This document shows, piece by piece, positions 57,541-64,000 of a stretch of 64,000 nucleotides of DNA (the stretch's first letter is position 1; the number at the start of each line of letters is the position of its first letter). The stretch lies in contig NC_043000.1 in NCBI RefSeq assembly GCF_006345805.1, forward strand, positions 10,788,001-10,852,000, in the 5' to 3' direction. The position numbers were made by a program, and so were the translations under genes. The notes beneath the pieces were generated by a model. It had not been told where the DNA came from and did not search any database. It saw only the letters and a list, made by a program, of their open reading frames with translations. This DNA comes from Octopus sinensis (Eukaryota).

Positions 57541-57919
57541 TTCTGACCAAACAAATAAATGTAAAAATTGCACTGTTATCCTGTCTCTTTTACTGTTTCT
57601 GTGACCATTTCAGATATAGTGACCATCTCCCCATTACAACGATCATTTCATTGTTACACTACCTCTTTCACTGTTTCATTGACTGGCTCACAGCCGTGTC
57701 CACTTTGTTCTTACATTGACTATATTACTGATCTTTGAACTGTTGTATTAAATAATTCCTGTGTTGCTGACCATTTCACATTCAGAAACATAATTTAACT
57801 GGCACACTTCTTTCCATTGGACTGTGATCACACTCAAGGAACCATAATCAAATGTCACACACTCAGTTCAAGATGAACCTCTACTTTCAGTTTCAATAAA
57901 AAACAAAAAAACAAAAAAA

Positions 57920-58308
57920 AGGAGTGGCTGTGCGGTAAGTAGCTTGCTTACGAACCATATGGTTCTGGGTTCAGTCCCACTGCTTGGCACCTTGGGAAAG
58001 TGTCTTCTACTATAGCTTCGGGCCGAACAAAGCCTTGTGAGTGAATTTGGTAGCCGGAAACTGAAAGAATTCCATCGTATATATATATATATGTGTGTGT
58101 ATATGTTTGTGTGTCTGTGTTTGTCCTCCCAACATCGTTTGGCAACCAATGCTGGTGTGTTTACATCCCCATAACTTAGTGGTTCGGCAAAAAGAGACTG
58201 ATAGAATAAGTACTAGGCTTACAAAGAATAAATCCTGGGGTCGATTTGCCTGACTAAAGGCGGTGCTCCAGCATGGCCACAGTCAAATCACTGAAACAAG
58301 TAAAAGAG
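57920..58308 (+). mobile_element. SINE-A
   Basis: Family match. Confidence 0.88.
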
Positions 58309-58370
58309 CATCATCACCATTTAATGTCTGTTTTCTATGCTGGCATGGGTTGGATATATATAATATATGT

Positions 58371-58991
58371 CTGGCACCTGTGTTGGTGGCACATAAAAAA
58401 CACCATCCAAGCGTGGCCGTTCGCCAGCCTCGTCTGGCACCTGTGTCGGTGGCACATAAAAAACACCATCCGAGCGTGGCCGTTCACCAGCCTCGTCTGG
58501 CACCTGTGTCGGTGGCACATAAAAAACACCATCCGAGCGTGGCCGTTCACCAGCCTCGTCTGGCACCTGTGTCGGTGGCACATAAAAAACACCATCCGAG
58601 CGTGGCCGTTCACCAGCCTCGTCTGGCACCTGTGTCGGTGGCACATAAAAAACACCATCCGAGCGTGGCCGTTCACCAGCCTCGTCTGGCACCTGTGTCG
58701 GTGGCACATAAAAAACACCATCCGAGCGTGGCCGTTCACCAGCCTCGTCTGGCACCTGTGTCGGTGGCACATAAAAAACACCATCCGAGCGTGGCCGTTC
58801 ACCAGCCTCGTCTGGCACCTGTGTCGGTGGCACATAAAATCACCCACTACACTCTCGGAGTGGTTGGCGTTAGGAAGGGCATCCAGCTGTAGAAACACTG
58901 CCAGATCTGACTGGCTTGGTGCAGCCTTCGGGCTTCCCAGACCCCAGTTGAACCGTCCAACGCATGCTAGCATGGAAAGCGGATGTTAAAC

Positions 58992-59027
<36 letters not shown>
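58371..59027 (+). mobile_element. RTE 3' UTR with a 63-bp minisatellite expanded to ~7.4 copies
   Basis: TGGCACCTG recurs every 63 bp from 58372 to 58813, followed by a (GAT)n tail. Confidence 0.95.
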
Positions 59028-59028
<1 letters not shown>

Positions 59029-59269
59029 TGTGTGTGTATATACATATATAGTCATATTCATTTGTTTCTGCTTGCTTTTATGCTTGTTTTTCCCTGTTAG
59101 TATGGGTTATATGAGATGTTATTGAGGCAACAGCAAAGAGATCTCTTATTCCATATGACTTTGGATGCACAAAGCCAGTAGATGATTTGTTGAGAATCGA
59201 AAAATGGCAAGAATATCACCACTTGTATGTCAGGAATTTTCAGAAATATCCAAATGCAAACAAACACTA

Positions 59270-59520
59270 TCACATGCACACACACACACACACACGTGCA
59301 CAAGTACACACATGCATGCGTGCACATACACACTCACATACATGCACACACACTCATGTGCACATACACACACTCACACACGTGTGCAAGTACATATATG
59401 CACACACACATGTGCAAGTACATGCACATATTCACACACACACACACACACACACCTATATATACATGTGTGTCGGTGAGTGTGCTTGTGTGTGTGTGTG
59501 TGTGTGCTTGTGTGTCTTCA
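59270..59520. repeat. (CA)n-rich then (TG)n-rich low-complexity tract
   Basis: Directly visible. It accounts for the HTHT/CVCV ORFs. Confidence 0.9.
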
Positions 59521-59817
59521 CATTAACATTGTTTAAGTAACAATGCACTTTCTTACAATTCTTGTAAACAATATATGTCACAGCTTCATGGTTTTGAGTG
59601 AAAACCAATGGAATAAAGTAAAGATTGGCAACAGGAAGGGCATCCATCATTAGAACTCTGTCTAAAGTTTTGTTCAACATCCAAAAAGGTGATGTAAAAA
59701 TGATGATGGAGATGGTGATGGAAGTGGTGGTGATAATGGTGATAGTGGGGGTAATGATGGTAATAGTATCTGTACTACAGTGATATTTGTGAGTTGTAAA
59801 GGATTGTCACTGTTATA

Positions 59818-61103
59818 CAAGCAGTGTCATTTGTTTCCACCATGCTGTGCCGGTGGCATGTAAAAAGCACCATCCGATGCCAGTGCCGCCTTGACTGGCT
59901 TCCTTGCTGGTGGCACGTAAAAAGCACCAACCGATCGTGGCCGTTGCCAGCCTCACCTGGCACATAAAAAGCACCCACTACACTCACGGAGTGGTTGGCG
60001 TTAGGAAAGGCATCCAGCTGTAGAAACACTGCCAGATCAGACTGGAGCCTGGTGCAGCCTTCTGGCTTCCCAGACCCCGGTCAAACGGTCCAACCCATGC
60101 TAGCATGGAAAACGGACGTTAAACGATGATGATGATGATGATTTGGCAAAAACAAGTCTGGCCATGGGGAAATATTATTTTGCTTGGAAACAGGCAAGAG
60201 TTGGTGGCTGGAAGGGCATCTGGTTGTAAAAAAAAGCCTACCACTATAAACTGTATCAGATCCATGCAAGCATTAAAAAGTGAACATTAAAATGATGATG
60301 ATGATGATGATGGCTACAAATACTGTCACCAGCAGTTTGATCTCTAAATGTCATCAGGTATCTTGTTGCTGAGGCTGGATTCAAATTAGAACCTTTATGT
60401 TTAAAAGGGCAATAATGTTATTAACCACTAAGTCACAAACACAAATACAATTATGGCTGCAAATCTGTTATATTTTTTTTTTTTTGTAAAGGCGGCCGTA
60501 TTGAGCTGATGTCAGTATAGAACCTACTAGTTGAGTTATTAACAAATTCTTTTATTTTCTTAAAAAAAAAAAAAATTCCTACCGTGTATCTCTATCAACA
60601 ATGGAGATTTTATTCCATTGCATTTTAATAATCTCATTTCTCATAGCATATGCATTTAGCTGTTCCTGATTTAGATATTTCTCCACTCATTTAGTCTTTC
60701 ATTGTTCCTGTTTTAACATTTAGGAGTCCCTCCTAATAGTTTCTTTTTTAAATCATCATCATCATCATCATCGTTTAACATCCGTTTTCTGTGCTAGCAC
60801 AGGTTGGACAGTTCGACTGGGGTTTGGGAAGCCAGGAGGCTGCACCAGGCTCCAGTCTGATCTGGCAGTGTTTCTACAGCTGGATGCCCTTCCTAGCGCC
60901 AACCACTCCGTGAGTGTAGTGGGTGCTTTTTACGTGCCACTGGCACAGGTGCCTGGGGAGGCTGGCAGCGGCCACGATCGGTTGGTGCTTGTTACGTGCC
61001 ACTGGCACAGAAGCCAGTCAAGGCGGTGGTGGTATCGGTCACGTTCGGATGGTGCTTTTTACGTGCCACCGGCACAGGTATCACAACTACAATTTCCATT
61101 TGA
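59818..61103. mobile_element. RTE tails: plus 59818-60140 and minus 60752-61103, with a SINE-H tail at 60150-60312
   Basis: Family cores and (GAT)n/(CAT)n tails. Confidence 0.85.
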
Positions 61104-61109
61104 TATTTA

Positions 61110-61836
61110 TTTTGAAATGAAGTTATTGTATACAGTGTTCAGGTGCACCACAACTTGTCAAAAGTGTGTATAAAGCATATGCAGTAATGTACAAATGTCT
61201 GGGAAGTGAACAGTGTATGAGTCAGATACATGCTTGCATGTGTATGGAGGGGAGAAAATCAGGTGTAGTGTTGGTGAATCTCAGGAAGTATGGAAGTTTT
61301 GAAGGATGCAGTGCTCCGACAACTAACAACTGATGCTGACAGTTTGTTCCATACTTCAGCAACTCTCAGCGTGAAAAAATGTTTCCGAAAGTCATGGGAG
61401 CTGTGCTGTTTTCTGACTTTGTAAACATGTCCACGGGTGTTAGACAGGTGGAGTTTGAAAAGGTGCTCAGAGTTATTGTTTGTAAGATGGTTAATAATTT
61501 TATGGGTGTTTTCCAAGTCAGCTGCCAGACGTCGGAGTTTCAATGTGTCCATGCCCAGGGAAGTAAGGCGTTCAGAATATGGCAAATGTCTGATGGAGGG
61601 TATTCTCTTGGTTGCACATCGCTGAACGGCTTCCAGGCAATTAATATCCTGGGAAAGATAGGGGTTCCAGACCGGTGATGCAAATTCCAGGTGAGGTCGT
61701 ACCATAGCTATTTTAAGCCTCAGATAGATAGCCAGAGAGCGGCTCACAAAGGACTTGGTAAGTGATGCCAAGACACGCTCAGCCTTTTTGGCAATTTTAG
61801 CAATGTGTTTTGTCCAACGCAAATCGCTGTCAACAT
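61110..61836 (-). pseudogene. 5'-truncated CR1-clade LINE (ORF2 C-terminus plus 3' UTR)
   Basis: ORF 61259..61822: VRPHLEFASPVWNPY...LEAVQRCATKRIP..YSERL...TRGH...RKHFFTLRVAEVWNKL. Confidence 0.92.
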
Positions 61837-61857
61837 TTTATAAGATTTCATTCAATA

Positions 61858-62232
61858 GGCGCAGGAGTGGCTGTGTGGTAAGTAGCTTGCTAACCAACCA
61901 CATGGTTGCGGGTTCAGTCCCACTGCGTGGCAACTTGGGCATAGCCCCGGGCCGACCAATGCCTTGTGAGTGAATTTGGTAGACGGAAACTGAAAGAAGC
62001 CTGTCGTATATATGTATATATATATATGTGTGTGTGTCTGTGTTTGTCCCCCTAGCATTGCTTGACAACCGAAGCTGGTGTGTTTACGTCCCCGTCACTT
62101 AGCGGTTCGGCAAAAGAGACCGATAGAATAAGTACTGGGCTTACAAAGAATAAGTCCCAGGGTCGATTTGATCGACTAAAGGCGGTGCTCCAGCATGGCC
62201 GCAGTCAAATGACTGAAACAAGTAAAAGAGTA
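61858..62232 (+). mobile_element. SINE-A
   Basis: Family match. Confidence 0.88.
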
Positions 62233-62411
62233 TGTATTGAATTTCAATGGTGCATTTCTCGCATTGGGTAGGTTTAACTTTGGTTAGGAATCTGCAAAGT
62301 GAATGATATGTTTGAACACACTTCCAATGTCTGATATTTATGACTGTCTGAATTTTCTCAGACAAACTTTTTCAGTAAGGTAGAGACACTGTGGAATTTG
62401 GTTTAACCTCT

Positions 62412-62798
62412 ATGGAAGCACTCTGTCGGTTACGACGATGAGGGTTCCGGTTGATCTGAATCAACGGAACAGCCTGCTCGTGAAATTAACGGGTAAGTGG
62501 CTGAGCACTCCACAGACACGTGTACCCCTAATGTAGTTCTCGGGGATATTCAGCGTGACACAGCGAGTGACAAGGCCGGCCCTTTGAAATACAGGTACAA
62601 CAGAAACAGGAAGTAAGAGTGAGAGAAAGTTGTGGTGAAAGAGTACCGCAGGGATCACCACCATCGCCTGCCGGAGCCTCGTGGAGCTTTTAGGTGTTTT
62701 TGCTCAATAAACACTCACAACGCCCGGTCTGGGAATCGAAACCACGATCCTATGACCGCGAGTCCGCTGCCCTAACCACTGGGCCATTGCGCCTCCAC
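62412..62798 (-). mobile_element. SINE-E (tRNA-derived, distinct 3' half)
   Basis: Minus strand GTGGAGGCGCAATGGCCCAGTGGTTAGG...GTTTCGATTCCCAGACC. CpG-rich, probably young. Confidence 0.8.
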
Positions 62799-63166
62799 TT
62801 TAGTACTATGGACATGTGATTAGAATGATGCAGGAAATAATTGCAAGATATATTTTTCAAGCTGAGCCAACCAACAGGGGACCTAGGGATAGACCAAGAA
62901 TGAGATGGTTGGATAATATACATTGTCTCAGTTGGTCATGCTTGAGAATCCATACAGAAAGTTGCTTCTGTTAGGACCCTATGGAGGAGGTGCTTAAGGA
63001 CTCTGCCCCCATGGCCCAGGAATAATAGCCAGAGAAAATGGATGGCTGGAGTAATTTCTTCCGTATAAATTGATTAATTGGTGGTATAAATTGTATTTGC
63101 CTGTGTTGTAGGTACTTGACAATTCCTTTCTTAATACTGTACAGATAATGAGATAATAGGATTGTA

Positions 63167-63348
63167 GGCAACTGTAGTTAAATCCATGCCCGGCCGTGGG
63201 TCATCTGGAGTTATTGACAGGCAGCTCGCTGCTAACTGCTTTGTCCTTTTATCCCCTTTTCATGAGCGCCACCTCGTTGTTAACGATGTGACCAGGGGAG
63301 ATAACTCCAGATGACCTACGGCCGGGCATGTATTTAACTACAGTTACC
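63167..63348. mobile_element. 182-bp MITE with 48-bp TIRs flanked by TA
   Basis: GGCAACTGTAGTTAAATCCATGCCCGGCCGTGGGTCATCTGGAGTTAT versus the reverse complement of 63301-63348, 3 mismatches. Confidence 0.85.
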
Positions 63349-63560
63349 TACAGGATCCAGGGCTGTTGGTTTTCAATTCAGCAACGTTCTGACTCCTGTT
63401 TCTGTCTTTTGCATCAGTACATCAAATTGTAGCAGCACAAGCTGTCAGCACCATATTGGATGAGATCTTGCGGCACTCCGAGACTGGAGTGAGACCTCAC
63501 CTGCATCCTTTTGCCATGTCCGAGAACACAATGAGGCTCGCGATAGAAAACTATATAAAG

Positions 63561-63790
63561 GGCGAGCTGGCAGAAACGTTAGCACACCGGACGAAATGCT
63601 TAGTGGTATTTCGTCTGCCATTATGTTCTGAGTTCAAATTCCGCCGAGGTCAACTTTGCCTTTCATTCTTTCAGGGTCGATAAATTAAGTGCCAGTTACA
63701 CACTGGGGTCGATGTAATCGACTTAATCCCTTTGTCTGTCCTTGTTTGTCCCCTCTATGTTTAGCCCCTTGTGGGCAATAAAGAAATAAG
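63561..63790 (+). mobile_element. SINE-B
   Basis: GGCGAGCTGGCAGAAACGTTAGC...CCCCTTGTGGGCAATAAAGAAATAAG. Confidence 0.9.
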
Positions 63791-64000
63791 GAAACTATAT
63801 AAAGGGAAAACCCTCTTCAAATCTTTCTTTTTGGTGTTCCCTTTTTGTGAACACCACCACTGGCTGGACCTGTCTATCTCCAGAGGCAATGCACCCACAC
63901 TAACGGAGCTACTACACAATGCATACAGCTAAAGATGGTAGCTGAGAGCAGCACGCTTCAACTTTCCTGTAAATAAACCAGTTGTAAAATAGCATTTGTA

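Noticed and set aside
58263-58989. Four overlapping ORFs of 170-238 aa and a CRISPR-like look
   Set aside because: Pure tandem 63-bp units inside an RTE 3' UTR, with no unique spacers and no cas genes.
59097-59540. His/Thr- and Cys/Val-rich ORFs
   Set aside because: (CA)n/(TG)n microsatellite translations.

Overview
AT-rich eukaryotic, mostly intronic/intergenic DNA. The repeat families (tRNA-headed SINEs, RTE-LINE tails ending in (GAT)n, long (TA)n/(CA)n tracts) look like an Octopus/coleoid cephalopod genome; this is inferred from recognising the repeats, not from a search. Most ORFs in the supplied track are artefacts of microsatellites or transposon repeats. Host-gene evidence is limited to a cleanly spliced 69-nt AT-hook exon (24108-24176), a long in-phase terminal coding exon (31145/31151-32728) and a few weak micro-exon candidates. 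The rest is a nested landscape of at least 6 SINE families, RTE, CR1 and Jockey-like LINE fragments, a decayed Penelope GIY-YIG segment, mariner deletion derivatives, piggyBac-like, hAT and Tc1-like MITEs, and non-autonomous Helitron-like elements. The most interesting observations are: a tRNA-headed SINE whose tail has a degenerate hammerhead-ribozyme architecture; a cluster of near-perfect palindromes resembling Penelope termini; two large inverted structures carrying telomere-like (CCCTAA) arrays; a SINE trimer inside one target-site duplication (TSD); and a tandem MITE array with higher-order structure. No rRNA, true tRNA gene or CRISPR array was found. Coordinates were counted by hand; repeat boundaries are approximate (about +/-10 bp) unless a TSD or terminal inverted repeat (TIR) is quoted.
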